This document shows, one piece after another, positions 36,767-47,095 of a stretch of 64,000 bases of DNA (within the stretch, counting starts at the first letter, position 1; each line of letters opens with the position of its first letter). Origin of the DNA: Aggregatilineales bacterium (GTDB lineage: Bacteria; Chloroflexota; Anaerolineae; Aggregatilineales; Phototrophicaceae); NCBI GenBank assembly GCA_030834905.1, contig JAUQWZ010000022.1, positions 28,335-92,334 of the forward strand, in the 5' to 3' direction. The notes beneath the pieces are model-generated. The model made no database searches, had not been told where the DNA came from, and saw only the letters and a program-made list of their open reading frames with translations. A program made the translations under genes and the position numbers.

Positions 36767-36990
36767 CTACTGGTATGAAATTCCAAGCACCACGAGAACT
36801 GACTTAAAAACCTCGGTGAGTTGTTCATTGGTCACATTGCCAAGTCGCCGTACAAACCTCTCTGTCGAAACGGACTTGAAAGGAACTATTGTAAGGCAGT
36901 TTGGAGATGTGGTGATTCTCGAAGCACCTCGATGAGATGTCGTTCCCACTCGGTAAGACTCATCTGTTCCAGGTGTTTAGTTTTAGGCAC
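36767..36990 (-). pseudogene. Remnant of a MazF/PemK-type toxin-antitoxin locus
   Basis: AGGAGG plus a 34-codon ORF (36990-36886), followed by a start-less fragment KSVSTERFVRRLGNV...VLVVLGI resembling the MazF C-terminus; AT-rich. Confidence 0.6.
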
Positions 36991-37041
36991 AGGGTAACCC
37001 TCCTTTCCGTTCAGTGATGTACATTATGGCGTAAGACCCCT

Positions 37042-37392
37042 CTATGGCAGGACGAACGTGCCGTCGTCCTGCGGCTCAAACTCCATGACGTGGATTACGG
37101 CGTCGAGGTTCAGCGGTCCGTAGAGATGGGGGAACACTTCGCCGCTTTCGATCATCTGCCCGCCTTCGTAGGGTGCTTCGTACCTGAGTTCAGCCGTCAG
37201 CTTTTCATCATCCACCAGAACCAGCATCAGCCCGCTGTGTCCCTTAAAACGCGCGTTGGCGACGCGCACCACCTGGTCAGGCTTCGAGAAATGGATGAAT
37301 CCCTCGGCATCAAGCGTATCGCCCCGGTAGATTCCCGCCTGTTGTGCCTGTTCCCACTGGTAGCTGGGAAGAATGTGAAGAATAGTCGCCAT
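37042..37392 (-). CDS. DUF952 domain protein
   Basis: GFIHFS, LRYE, FPHLYGPLNLDAV. Confidence 0.9.
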   Translation of the reverse strand: MATILHILPSYQWEQAQQAGIYRGDTLDAEGFIHFSKPDQVVRVANARFKGHSGLMLVLVDDEKLTAELRYEAPYEGGQMIESGEVFPHLYGPLNLDAVIHVMEFEPQDDGTFVLP

Positions 37393-37895
37393 GTAGAATG
37401 TCCTTAGCCTTTCGCAGATACGTGGGACAGTGATCAGACCGGCGGCAGCGTGGTTGACGCGCAGCGCCGCCTGAAGCATTGCCTTATGTATTTACTATAC
37501 AATATTTTGGCGGGCGCGCTGAAGGCGGCGGGGAGTCGCCGGTCATGCCGGTAAATCCAGCCCGTTCCCCGCATACGTATACAAGACAACACGAGTCCGG
37601 TCTGCCGGGTTGTGATACGGCGGCGTGTGATGTCATTGATTCAGCATAGGCATGAGATGATGAACGGGATGGAATCAGGAAGAACTTCGTAAATTATTGA
37701 CGAAAACTCACAATACTTTTGGTGAAAGATCAATTATGCTAATCGGAAGCGTCGAAATTAACATCATGGATATCAACGACTGACGCTGGCGATCTGGTCA
37801 TTTGTGAGCCGAAGATTAAAGGAAAGCACGACCTAGTGAAAATTTACACGTTCGGCATTAACGGTTGCGAACACCTGTAGTATAATGGGCGCACC

Positions 37896-38624
37896 ATGAC
37901 ACACGAAAACCGGGCGGCGATTGTGCGAATTCGCAACCTCAGCAAGACGTATGCTGAGGCTGGAATAATGCGCGAAATTCTCACCGGGGTAAATATCGAC
38001 ATTCAGCAGGGCGAGTTTTTCGTGCTGCTTGGCAAAAGCGGCAGCGGTAAAAGCACGCTGCTGAACCTGATCAGCGGTATTGATCTCGCGGATGATGGCG
38101 AGATTTGCGTCAACGACACCAACATCACCCACCTCAATGACCGACAGTTAACGCTCTTTCGCCGCGAACACATCGGCATCGTCTTTCAATTCTTTAACCT
38201 GATTCCAACGCTCACCGTTCTCGAAAACGTCACCCTGCCGCTGGAACTGCGCGGCGTCAGCCCGCGCGAAGGCGCGCGCCGGGCGCTGGCGCTGCTGGAA
38301 CGGGTCGGGCTGGAACACCGCGCCGAGACCTTTCCAGACAAGCTGAGTGGTGGCGAACAGCAGCGGGTGGCAATCGCGCGCGCGCTGGCGCACGAACCCG
38401 ATCTGGTGCTGGCAGACGAGCCAACCGGCAACCTGGACGAAGAGACAGGTCAGCAGGTTCTTGGACTTCTGCTAGAATTAACCAGAGACGCTGGAAAAAC
38501 GCTGGTAATGGCGACACACAATCCCGAAATCGTGCCGCTGGCAGATCGTGTGTGTCGGATACATGATGGTAAGTTGATGGTCACCGCGCATGATTTTCAT
38601 GCGGTGAAGGAGCTTATTCTATGA
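37896..38624 (+). CDS. ABC transporter ATP-binding protein (LolD/MacB-like)
   Basis: [31 protein letters not shown]. Confidence 0.97.
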   Translation: MTHENRAAIVRIRNLSKTYAEAGIMREILTGVNIDIQQGEFFVLLGKSGSGKSTLLNLISGIDLADDGEICVNDTNITHLNDRQLTLFRREHIGIVFQFFNLIPTLTVLENVTLPLELRGVSPREGARRALALLERVGLEHRAETFPDKLSGGEQQRVAIARALAHEPDLVLADEPTGNLDEETGQQVLGLLLELTRDAGKTLVMATHNPEIVPLADRVCRIHDGKLMVTAHDFHAVKELIL

Positions 38625-39067
38625 CGGACCCCGATCCGAACGCTCTGAAGCAGGCTCTTTCAGAACTGCGGGACATAAACAAGGAAAAGCGCCGTACCGC
38701 AGTCATGAAACTGGGCATGATGGGGGGCGATACCGCCCTGTTGACACTCATTGGTTTAGTGCGGAATCATCACGAAGACCTGATAGTTCGCGGGCGTGCC
38801 GCGCTGATGCTGGGCAAGCTGGGCGACCGCCGCGCGGTTGATCCGTTAATTGACGCCTTATATGCGCCGGGCTATCAAACCCGCGTCCATGCCGCCCAAT
38901 CGCTGGGCAAGCTGGGCGATCCACGCGCTATCCCGTCGCTGGTACGGGTGGTCGAGACTGAAAGCGACACCTTCCGGGTGGCGGCAGAAGAAGCGCTGCA
39001 AAAGCTGGGCTACAAGTCTGACGAGGACGAATCGCCGCAGCCGGTCATGGAAGGTGAAACTGAGTAG
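38621..39067 (+). CDS. HEAT/PBS-lyase-like repeat protein
   Basis: Repeated AA..LGKLGD.RA motifs; ATGA overlap with the ATPase gene. Confidence 0.85.
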   Translation: MTDPDPNALKQALSELRDINKEKRRTAVMKLGMMGGDTALLTLIGLVRNHHEDLIVRGRAALMLGKLGDRRAVDPLIDALYAPGYQTRVHAAQSLGKLGDPRAIPSLVRVVETESDTFRVAAEEALQKLGYKSDEDESPQPVMEGETE

Positions 39068-39196
39068 CCTGAGCAGAGAATATCCTTAACGCAACGGCGC
39101 TAAGGGATACGGAAAGGCACAATGGGACGATATAATCGACTCCTTGTGCCTTTTTTCGTCGCTGCTTCTTCATTTGCGGCTTAGATAGAAAGTCCT

Positions 39197-41773
39197 ATGA
39201 ACACGCCTATTGTCGTCCGTTTGGCGGGGCGGTACATTGCCCGCCGCCTGCTGCAAAGCGTGCTGTTCATCATCGGCGTCGCGCTGGGTGTCGCCGTCGT
39301 CATCGCCATTGACCTTGCCAACAGCAGCGCCAGCCGCGCCTTCGCCATCAGCACCGAGAGCGTCACCGGGCGCGCCACGCACCAGATCATCGGCGGTCCC
39401 AACGGCTTGCCGAGCGACCTTTACCGCCAACTGCGGATCGATCTCGGACTGAGCGACAGCGCGCCGGTGGTCGAAAACTACGTTCGCGCCGTCGAACTGG
39501 GCGACCGACCGCTGCGGCTGCTGGGCGTCGATCCGTTCGCCGAGCCGCCGTTTCGCGATTACCTGACCAGCGTCGAAGTGCAGGGCGAGACGCAAAATCC
39601 GTTTGAAGCACTGACCGCCTTCATCTCGATGCCGAATACCATCCTCATCAGCCAGCGCCTCGCCGCCGAGTACGGCATACAGCCGGGCGATACCGTCACC
39701 TTGCAGCCCGGCGGCGATCAGGTCGCAGCGCGGGTGGTCGGCTTGCTGCGCACCGACGACGAATTGAGCGCTCAGGCGCTGGAAAACCTGATCCTGACCG
39801 ACATTGCCACCGCCCAGGAGATCGTCGGCAGACCGGGCGCGATCAGCCGAATCGATCTGATCCTGCCGCCAGACGATGATAATGATCTGGCGCGGATTAG
39901 GGCGCTGCTGCCGCCGGGCGCGACCATCACCACCCCGCGCGATCAGTCGAACGCCCTCAGCCAGATGACCGCCGCCTTTGAACTCAACTTACAGGCGTTG
40001 AGCCTGCTGGCGCTGGTGGTCGGCGTGTTCCTGATTTACAACACGGTCACGTTCAGCGTCGTGCAGCGCCGCCCGGTACTGGGTATTTTGCGGGCGCTCG
40101 GCGCGACGCGCGGGCAGATTTTCGTCCTGATCCTGGGCGAATCGCTGGCGCTGGGGCTGATCGGCACGCTGGTTGGCTTGGGCTTGGGCATCATCTTCGG
40201 ACGGGCATCGGTTGGGCTGATCGCGCAGACGATCAGCGACCTGTATTTCAGCGTGAACGTGCAGAGCGTGACGCTGGACGTAGTGACGCTGCTCAAAGGG
40301 GCGGGCATCGGGATGCTGGCGAGCCTAACAGCCGCGCTGGTGCCGTCGCTTGACGCGACGCGGACGCCGCCCGCCGGATCGCTGCGCCGTTCGCAGCTTG
40401 AAGAACGGGCGCGCCGCCTGCTGCCGCCCATTACGCTGGTCGCTGTCCTGCTGAATCTGGCAGGACTGGCGCTGCTGCTCGTCCCGACGGACAGCATCGT
40501 CGTCAGCTTCACGGCGCTGTTCTGCATCATCGTCGGTGGGGCGCTGTTCACGCCGCTGGCGCTGGTGTTTGCCATGCGCCTGCTGACGCCGCTGACAAAC
40601 GCCCTGTTTGGCATGTTGGGGCGGATGGCACCGCGCGCCGTCTCGCGCTCGTTGAGCCGCACGTCGGTGGCGGTGGCGGCGCTGACGGTGGCGGTGAGCG
40701 TGATCGTCGGCGTCAGCGTGATGATCACCAGCTTTCGGGGGACGGTGGCGGACTGGCTGAATACGACGCTCGGCGCGGATATTTACGTCGCCCCGCCGCA
40801 GCTTACCGCCGTCCGCGCCACCGCCGACGTTGAACCGGCATTAGCCGAGCGCGTGCGGGCGGTTGAAGGCGTGGATCGGGTGGTCACCGGGCGCAATGTC
40901 AACGTGATCGCCCCCGACTACCCGAATCTGCCGCCGGTCAACCTGACCGTCGCCAGCGGCGAGATTGCGAGCAGCCGCCGTTTCGCCTGGCTGGACGCGC
41001 CGCCGGACGACTACCGCGCCGCGCTGGAAAACGACGGCATCATGGTCAGCGAGCCGTTCGCCTTCCGGCGCGGCATCACGCCGCAGAACAACCAGCTCAG
41101 GCTGCTGACGGATCGCGGGGCAGAGACGTTCACCGTCATCGGCGTGTATTACGACTACGCCACCGATCAGGGATCGGTCTTTATGGCGGATACCGCCTAC
41201 CGCCAGTTTTACGACGATGCCTATATCTCGACCATCGCCGTCTTTACCGCCGAGGGCGCGGACGCCGAACAGGTGATTCGCGGTATCCGCCAGACGCTCA
41301 GCGGGACGGATTTGCTGGCGCAGAGCAACGCCAGCCTGCGCGCCAGCGTGTTCGAGGTGTTCGAGCGCACTTTTGCGATTACCCAGGCGCTGCGGCTGCT
41401 GGCGACGATTGTCGCCTTCATCGGCATCCTCAGCGCGTTAATGGCGCTCCAGATTGAGCAGACGCGGCAGTATGGCGTCATGCGGGCTGTTGGGCTGACG
41501 CGGCGGCAGGTGTGGGATTACACGCTGCTGCAAACCGGGCTAATGGGCATCGTCGCCGGGCTGCTGGCGCTGCCGATTGGCGCGGTGCTGGCTTACGTGC
41601 TGGTGTACGTCATCAACGTGCGCTCGTTCGGCTGGACGATGCAGCTTACGCTTGCGCCGGAAGAATTTATCATCGCCTTTGCCGTCGCCGTGGTGGCGGC
41701 GCTGGCGGCGGGCATCTACCCTGCCGGGCGGGTGGCGAACCTGCAAACCGGCGCCGCCCTGCGGAACGAGTGA
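39197..41773 (+). CDS. FtsX-like ABC permease (duplicated MacB-type)
   Basis: Two MacB-periplasmic/FtsX halves; LRALGAT and MRAVGLT motifs. Confidence 0.9.
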   Translation: MNTPIVVRLAGRYIARRLLQSVLFIIGVALGVAVVIAIDLANSSASRAFAISTESVTGRATHQIIGGPNGLPSDLYRQLRIDLGLSDSAPVVENYVRAVELGDRPLRLLGVDPFAEPPFRDYLTSVEVQGETQNPFEALTAFISMPNTILISQRLAAEYGIQPGDTVTLQPGGDQVAARVVGLLRTDDELSAQALENLILTDIATAQEIVGRPGAISRIDLILPPDDDNDLARIRALLPPGATITTPRDQSNALSQMTAAFELNLQALSLLALVVGVFLIYNTVTFSVVQRRPVLGILRALGATRGQIFVLILGESLALGLIGTLVGLGLGIIFGRASVGLIAQTISDLYFSVNVQSVTLDVVTLLKGAGIGMLASLTAALVPSLDATRTPPAGSLRRSQLEERARRLLPPITLVAVLLNLAGLALLLVPTDSIVVSFTALFCIIVGGALFTPLALVFAMRLLTPLTNALFGMLGRMAPRAVSRSLSRTSVAVAALTVAVSVIVGVSVMITSFRGTVADWLNTTLGADIYVAPPQLTAVRATADVEPALAERVRAVEGVDRVVTGRNVNVIAPDYPNLPPVNLTVASGEIASSRRFAWLDAPPDDYRAALENDGIMVSEPFAFRRGITPQNNQLRLLTDRGAETFTVIGVYYDYATDQGSVFMADTAYRQFYDDAYISTIAVFTAEGADAEQVIRGIRQTLSGTDLLAQSNASLRASVFEVFERTFAITQALRLLATIVAFIGILSALMALQIEQTRQYGVMRAVGLTRRQVWDYTLLQTGLMGIVAGLLALPIGAVLAYVLVYVINVRSFGWTMQLTLAPEEFIIAFAVAVVAALAAGIYPAGRVANLQTGAALRNE

Positions 41774-41827
41774 AAATGACGGACACGACAATGTCGTGTC
41801 CCTACGGCGTCCGTTGGGGGAAACGAA

Positions 41828-42733
41828 TTAATCAGCGTGGTACTGGGCGGCGTCCTGCGAACAATCGTCTTCGTTGTACTCCAGTTCAATCGTCAGATGT
41901 TCCAGGCGCAGATCGCTGACCGCGGCGCAGACGCCGCGCTTGATGCGGATCAGTCCGTCTTTATCGACTTCGTCAGCCACGACCAGATGAGTCGTCAGCA
42001 CATTGTGCTCGCCGTCCAGCGACCAGAGGTGAGTGTGGTGAATGGATCGCACGCCGTCGATGGCGCGCAGTCTGTCCTCGACTTCGGTCAGGTTGATCTC
42101 AGCGGGGACTGCCTGCAGGAACAGCGCCAGCGATTGGCGCAGATTATCGATGGCGTGCATCAGAATGTAGACGGTTATCAGGATCGACAGGATGGGATCG
42201 AGGATCGGCGCGTCCACGAACAGCGAGATGACACCAGCGATCAGCACCGCCACCCATCCGAGCACATCTTCCATCAGGTGCCAGCCGATCACCTGCGTGT
42301 TGAGCTGATGACTGCCGCGCAGGCGCAGGACGGCAATGCCGTTGATGACAACGCCGATCACGGCGATGACGATCACGCCCGGCGCGTCAAACGGCTCAGG
42401 CGATTGCAGCCGCTGGATGGCTTCGGACAGCACGAACAGCGAGCCACCGACGAGGATGGCTGAATTGAGGAACGCGCCCAGCAGCGAAAACCGCCGGTAG
42501 CCGTAGGAAAAGCGCTGGTCGTGCGCTTTTTCCGAGTAGCGACCCAGCAGCCATGCCATTCCGAGTGAAATAGCGTCGCCGAGATCGTGCAGCGCGTCTG
42601 ACAGAATGGCGATGCTGTTGGTCAGCAGCCCGCCGAAGACCTCGAAAATGGCGAAGCCGACGTTCAGCAGAAACGCCAGCCGCAGGTCGCCGCTGTCGCT
42701 GCGAGCGTGTCGGTGATTGTGTTCGTGGCTCAT
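41828..42733 (-). CDS. Cation diffusion facilitator (CzcD-like)
   Basis: SDALHDLGD, FSYGYRR, HLMEDVLG, HHTHLWSLDG. Confidence 0.95.
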   Translation of the reverse strand: MSHEHNHRHARSDSGDLRLAFLLNVGFAIFEVFGGLLTNSIAILSDALHDLGDAISLGMAWLLGRYSEKAHDQRFSYGYRRFSLLGAFLNSAILVGGSLFVLSEAIQRLQSPEPFDAPGVIVIAVIGVVINGIAVLRLRGSHQLNTQVIGWHLMEDVLGWVAVLIAGVISLFVDAPILDPILSILITVYILMHAIDNLRQSLALFLQAVPAEINLTEVEDRLRAIDGVRSIHHTHLWSLDGEHNVLTTHLVVADEVDKDGLIRIKRGVCAAVSDLRLEHLTIELEYNEDDCSQDAAQYHAD

Positions 42734-42756
42734 GCGAAATCCCGTCTAGACAGCCG

Positions 42757-43215
42757 CTATTGTACCGCCTGCTGGACGCCCATAATGCCGAGCGAGATCG
42801 CCACCGCGAACAGCGCCGCCCACAGCAGCCCGCCAACCGACATCAGCAGGAACAGACGGCGCGGCGAAGCGTTCAGCGCCATGCCCACCGCCGCCCCGAT
42901 CTGCGCGCCGGTCGTCACCGGTGCCAGCAGCGCCAGCCCGATCACGCCGTAGCGCGCCCAAACCCGGCTGACGGCGCTGTTGGGGTCGCCCGTCACTTTG
43001 TCGCCAAAACGCCGCATGATCCAGCCGCGCACCGGCGCGCCCAGAAACGCCACCAGCCCGACGCCGGCAGCATAGCTCAGCGCTGACGTGACGATGATCG
43101 GCAGCGGACTCAAGCCGAGCGCCAGACCCGCCGGAATCGACGCCCAGAGTGAAAAAAACGCTATCCCAAACACGCTCAGCAGTTTGGGCAGTTCGGCTGC
43201 CAGATCGAGCATCAT
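42757..43215 (-). CDS. Small multi-drug export-like membrane protein
   Basis: Four hydrophobic helices; IPAGLALG and LLAPVTTGA motifs. Confidence 0.65.
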   Translation of the reverse strand: MMLDLAAELPKLLSVFGIAFFSLWASIPAGLALGLSPLPIIVTSALSYAAGVGLVAFLGAPVRGWIMRRFGDKVTGDPNSAVSRVWARYGVIGLALLAPVTTGAQIGAAVGMALNASPRRLFLLMSVGGLLWAALFAVAISLGIMGVQQAVQ

Positions 43216-43351
43216 CGTTCCTGAATAGTGGTATCACAAAAGCCGCATCTGAACGTGATTGTACCCTGAATTGTTACCCCTGTTGACGCGGCATTGGTTA
43301 CAATGACGGCGCTTTCTGACACCTTCACCTTTACACGACGAGATCTCATAA

Positions 43352-44449
43352 ATGACCGCAATGGAATTACCTCAACTGCTGCGCGTTGGCGTCGTCGGGC
43401 TGGGCTGGGCTGGCGAGACGCACGTCAAGGCATACGCCGGACTGCCGAACGTCGAAGTCGTGGCTGTCGCCGACCCGCGCTCTGAACGACTCAACGATAT
43501 TGGCAAGACCTATGGCATCACCAATCTGTACACCGACTATACGGAACTGATCGCCCGCGACGATATCGACATCGTCAGCGTCGCCACGCCGAACCATCTG
43601 CACGCGCCGGTTACAATCGCGGCGCTTGAAGGCGGCAAGCATGTGCTGTGCGAAAAGCCGCTGGCGCGCACCGTTGCCGAAGGCGAGGCGATGGTGAAGG
43701 CGGCAATCGACAACCGCCGCGTCCTGAAGATCGCCTTTAATCACCGCCAGCGCGGCGACGTGCAGGTGCTGAAGTCGTACATCGATCAGGGCGGGCTGGG
43801 GCGGGTGTACCACGCCAAGGCGACCTGGATGCGCCGCAGCGGTATCCCCGGCATGGGCGGCTGGTTCACCACCCGCGAGATGGCGGGCGGCGGACCGCTG
43901 ATCGACCTGGGCGTGCATGTGCTGGATATGGCGATGTACCTGCTCAACGAGCCGGAAGTGGTCGCCGTCAGCGGCGCGACCTACGCCGAACTGGGACCGC
44001 GCGGGCGCGGCAGTCGCAAGGCGACGGCAGTGGGCAGCACCTACGAAGTGGAAGATTTGGCGACAGCGTTTATTCGGCTGGCGGACGGCGTGACGCTGCT
44101 GCTGGAAGCGAGTTGGGCGGTCTACGGCAAGAACAACGACGATTTTGGCGTGTCGCTGTATGGCACCGAAGGCGGCGCGGAAATCGACATCAAGAATTAC
44201 GTCTGGCAGGATACGCTGCGGATCTTCACCGATACCGGCGGCGTGCCGTCGGAAATTCGCCCCCAGTTGTATCCCGGCGAAGGTCATGCGGCGGTGGTGC
44301 GCGACTTCATCGAGATCGTTCGCGGCGGCGATTGGTCGAACCACGTCGGGCGTGAAGGGCTGCGCCGCACGCAGATCATCGAGGCGTGTTATCTCTCCGC
44401 CCAGCAGGGGCGCGAAGTGGCGCTGGTCGATGTGGCGGGACACGTATAG
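43352..44449 (+). CDS. Gfo/Idh/MocA family oxidoreductase
   Basis: GVVGLG, KHVLCEKP, GGGPLIDLGVH. Confidence 0.95.
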   Translation: MTAMELPQLLRVGVVGLGWAGETHVKAYAGLPNVEVVAVADPRSERLNDIGKTYGITNLYTDYTELIARDDIDIVSVATPNHLHAPVTIAALEGGKHVLCEKPLARTVAEGEAMVKAAIDNRRVLKIAFNHRQRGDVQVLKSYIDQGGLGRVYHAKATWMRRSGIPGMGGWFTTREMAGGGPLIDLGVHVLDMAMYLLNEPEVVAVSGATYAELGPRGRGSRKATAVGSTYEVEDLATAFIRLADGVTLLLEASWAVYGKNNDDFGVSLYGTEGGAEIDIKNYVWQDTLRIFTDTGGVPSEIRPQLYPGEGHAAVVRDFIEIVRGGDWSNHVGREGLRRTQIIEACYLSAQQGREVALVDVAGHV

Positions 44450-44502
44450 CAGCGGTCATCCTGATAAACTTCTCGCCCGCTTGAGGGCAAAGGTGCTGTG
44501 CC

Positions 44503-45204
44503 ATGTTCTCCAAAACTGCCGCGCTGTACGACGTGATCTATCACTGGAAGGACTACGCCGCCGAGTCGGAGAAGCTGCACGCCATTATTCAGCAGCACAA
44601 GCAGGCGGCGGGTAACAGGCTGCTTGACGTGGCGTGTGGAACCGGCAAGCATCTTGAACACCTGCGCGGCTGGTATACGGTCGAAGGGCTTGATCTGGAC
44701 GCCGAGCTGCTCAAGGTCGCTGCCGAACGGCTGCCGGATGTGCCGCTGCGCGAAGGCGATATGCTGGATTTCGATCTTGGGCGCAGTTTCGACGTGGTGA
44801 CCTGCCTGTTTGGTTCGGTGGCATATTCCGGCACCCTGGCGCGGCTGCGGGCGGCGGTGGCAAACATGGCGCGGCACGTTGCGCCCGGCGGGCTGCTGAT
44901 CATTGAGCCGTTTCTATTTACAGAGAACTTCACGCCTGGAAAAATCTCCCTGCAAACGGCGGAAGTGCCGGGGCTGTCCATCGCTCGGATGACCGTCAGC
45001 CGGACGGAAGGCGAAGCCGCCTACTTCTCCTTCAACTATCTGGTGGGAACCGAAGCGGGTGTGCAGTATTACGAAGAGGAGCATATCCTCGGAGTATTCA
45101 CCCGGCAGGAGTATCAGGAGGCGCTGGAAGCGGCGTCCCTGGACGCCCGCTTTGACGACGAAGGGCTGATGGGACGCGGCTTGTTCGTGGGGGTGAAAAG
45201 ATAG
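44503..45204 (+). CDS. Class I SAM-dependent methyltransferase (resembles TylM1/DesVI-like enzymes)
   Basis: LLDVACGTGKH, GDMLDFDLGRSFDVVTCLF, GRGLFVG. Confidence 0.85.
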   Translation: MFSKTAALYDVIYHWKDYAAESEKLHAIIQQHKQAAGNRLLDVACGTGKHLEHLRGWYTVEGLDLDAELLKVAAERLPDVPLREGDMLDFDLGRSFDVVTCLFGSVAYSGTLARLRAAVANMARHVAPGGLLIIEPFLFTENFTPGKISLQTAEVPGLSIARMTVSRTEGEAAYFSFNYLVGTEAGVQYYEEEHILGVFTRQEYQEALEAASLDARFDDEGLMGRGLFVGVKR

Positions 45205-45251
45205 CCACGCCCACTGGCTAAGCCGGTCAGATCCGACGATGACCAGGGCGG

Positions 45252-45776
45252 TTAGTGGGCGAATTCCATCTCTTTGAAGTAGATGTGGATGGGCAGCTTG
45301 GCAAACCAGACTTCGTCGCCGTTGCGCAGCACATACGGCACGCGCGAACTCAGGCGCTGACCATTCAGAAATGTCCCGTTGCGGCTGTTCATATCGAGCA
45401 GCGAAAGGGTGTCTTCGGTGCGGTAGAGCGCGGCGTGAATGCGCGAAACGCCATGCTCAAACGCGCCGTAGCGGGTGAGATCAATATCCGCCTGCAGCGG
45501 TCCGCTGGTGTCGCGCCGCCCAATGGTGGCGGGCTTGGCATACGGCAGATAGACGCTCTCAGCATTCTGATCGTCAAAGACGAACAGACATTCATCGCTG
45601 ATCGGCAGGTTGGACTGCTTGGCGCGCGCGAAGAATTCTTCAAGGGCGACATCGACGGGTTTAGTGCGCGGTGATGAGTCAGGATTTCCCTGCACAACGC
45701 GCTCGCCACAATTATCGCAGTACACTAATCCAGCACGATATTCCAGATCACAGTGAGGACAAACGGGCATCTTCAA
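45252..45776 (-). CDS. Zinc-ribbon plus FHA domain protein
   Basis: CPHC...CDNC; IGR...GVSRIHA...DMNSRNGTFLNG. Confidence 0.92.
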   Translation of the reverse strand: MKMPVCPHCDLEYRAGLVYCDNCGERVVQGNPDSSPRTKPVDVALEEFFARAKQSNLPISDECLFVFDDQNAESVYLPYAKPATIGRRDTSGPLQADIDLTRYGAFEHGVSRIHAALYRTEDTLSLLDMNSRNGTFLNGQRLSSRVPYVLRNGDEVWFAKLPIHIYFKEMEFAH

Positions 45777-45959
45777 CTCCCGCGATTAGCGTCTTATGGA
45801 GTATGACTGCATTATAGCGGATGATCAATACTCGGAATTGTCAAGAACATATAAAAGACCATACTAGGCTGCTTACATATTTGAACAATATTAATAATTT
45901 AACAATTACTGAACACAACAAGGGTTGAAGCAGTCACACAGACGCACAGGAAAACTATC

Positions 45960-46472
45960 ATGTCAAAACTCGATTCGTACTTCGCCCGCAAAGCTGACGC
46001 CATCGCGCAGCGTCAGGCTGATTTCCGGGCACACCCGGAGACGTCGCTTTTCACCCTGACGGCATCGGCAAAAGTTGCCGGAATTACCGGAGCGCGTCCG
46101 ATACGTATGGGCGAAACCGTCCTGATCAGCGACTCCGGTCCCGGGCTTGCCGGTCATGCGCTCGGTCCAACCGCGCCCGAAATCCTGCTGGGGGCGCTGG
46201 CAAGCTGCCTGGTTCACACCTATCTGCTCCAGTCGGTGCTGCTGGCGATTCCAATCGATCAGGTCGAGGTCACCACTTCCGGCTCGCTGGATTACGCGCC
46301 GGTTGTTGGGCTGCCCGCCGACGAGCCTTCGCGGATGCGGGACGTGACCTACACGGCGCAGGTTGAAAGCGACGCCGCGCCCGAACAAATCGAGCAGCTT
46401 CACGCGGCGGTCGAAACCACCTGCCCGGTGCTGAACACGCTGCGCCTGCCGGTTGAGGTCACGCGAGTCTAG
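45960..46472 (+). CDS. OsmC family protein
   Basis: PTAPEILLGALASC...CPVLNTL. Confidence 0.9.
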   Translation: MSKLDSYFARKADAIAQRQADFRAHPETSLFTLTASAKVAGITGARPIRMGETVLISDSGPGLAGHALGPTAPEILLGALASCLVHTYLLQSVLLAIPIDQVEVTTSGSLDYAPVVGLPADEPSRMRDVTYTAQVESDAAPEQIEQLHAAVETTCPVLNTLRLPVEVTRV

Positions 46473-46541
46473 GGGCGCGCGCTTGTGTGGGCAGTTCAAT
46501 TCGCGCTACACTAGCGAACACTCTAACGAAGGGGATTACAC

Positions 46542-46994
46542 ATGACCGAGCCGATGTTGTCACGGCAGAAAATGCTCGACTTTATCGACCAGAAATGGCG
46601 CGTCTACCTGGATACGCTGGAAGCGTTGGGCGATGACCAGCTTCAGGCGTTCGCGCGGGAGCATGGCTACCCCAGCGCTAAAGAGCTTTTCGCCCACATC
46701 GCCGCCTGGTGGCGCGAAGGCTCGCGCCATGTGCGCGGGCTGATGGCGGGGCAGTCAGTATCCACCGATTACGACAACGACGACGAATTTAACGCCCGCA
46801 TCATCGGGCACGTGCGGACGCGCACCTATGAGCAGGTGAAGGAAGATTTCGAGAGCGCCCGCATCGAAATCGCCGGGCTGGTGGCGGAACTGCCTGAGGT
46901 CGCGTTCGATAACCCGCAGATATACGATGAATTGGAAGGTGAGATCGTCGGGCATTACTACCAGCACGCGCCGCCCGGCGAAGAATCCGCCTGA
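46542..46994 (+). CDS. ClbS/DfsB-like DinB four-helix bundle protein
   Basis: SAKELFAHIAAW...HYYQH. Confidence 0.7.
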   Translation: MTEPMLSRQKMLDFIDQKWRVYLDTLEALGDDQLQAFAREHGYPSAKELFAHIAAWWREGSRHVRGLMAGQSVSTDYDNDDEFNARIIGHVRTRTYEQVKEDFESARIEIAGLVAELPEVAFDNPQIYDELEGEIVGHYYQHAPPGEESA

Positions 46995-47095
46995 TCGGAT
47001 AGCAAGGTATCAGCATTTGAAGCTGGTTGTTCGAGCGTCGTGGCGTTTCATACCCGACATGCCTGATATATACCAGAAGCTTTCAGGGAGAGAGT

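Noticed and set aside
37500-37895. Long AT-rich intergenic region with a 15-aa ORF (37736-37783) as ncRNA or leader peptide
   Set aside because: No recognisable riboswitch or RNA motif, no convincing RBS and no attenuator hairpin; cannot be supported without homologues.
43367-44443. 358-aa minus-strand ORF
   Set aside because: Antisense shadow of the Gfo/Idh/MocA gene.
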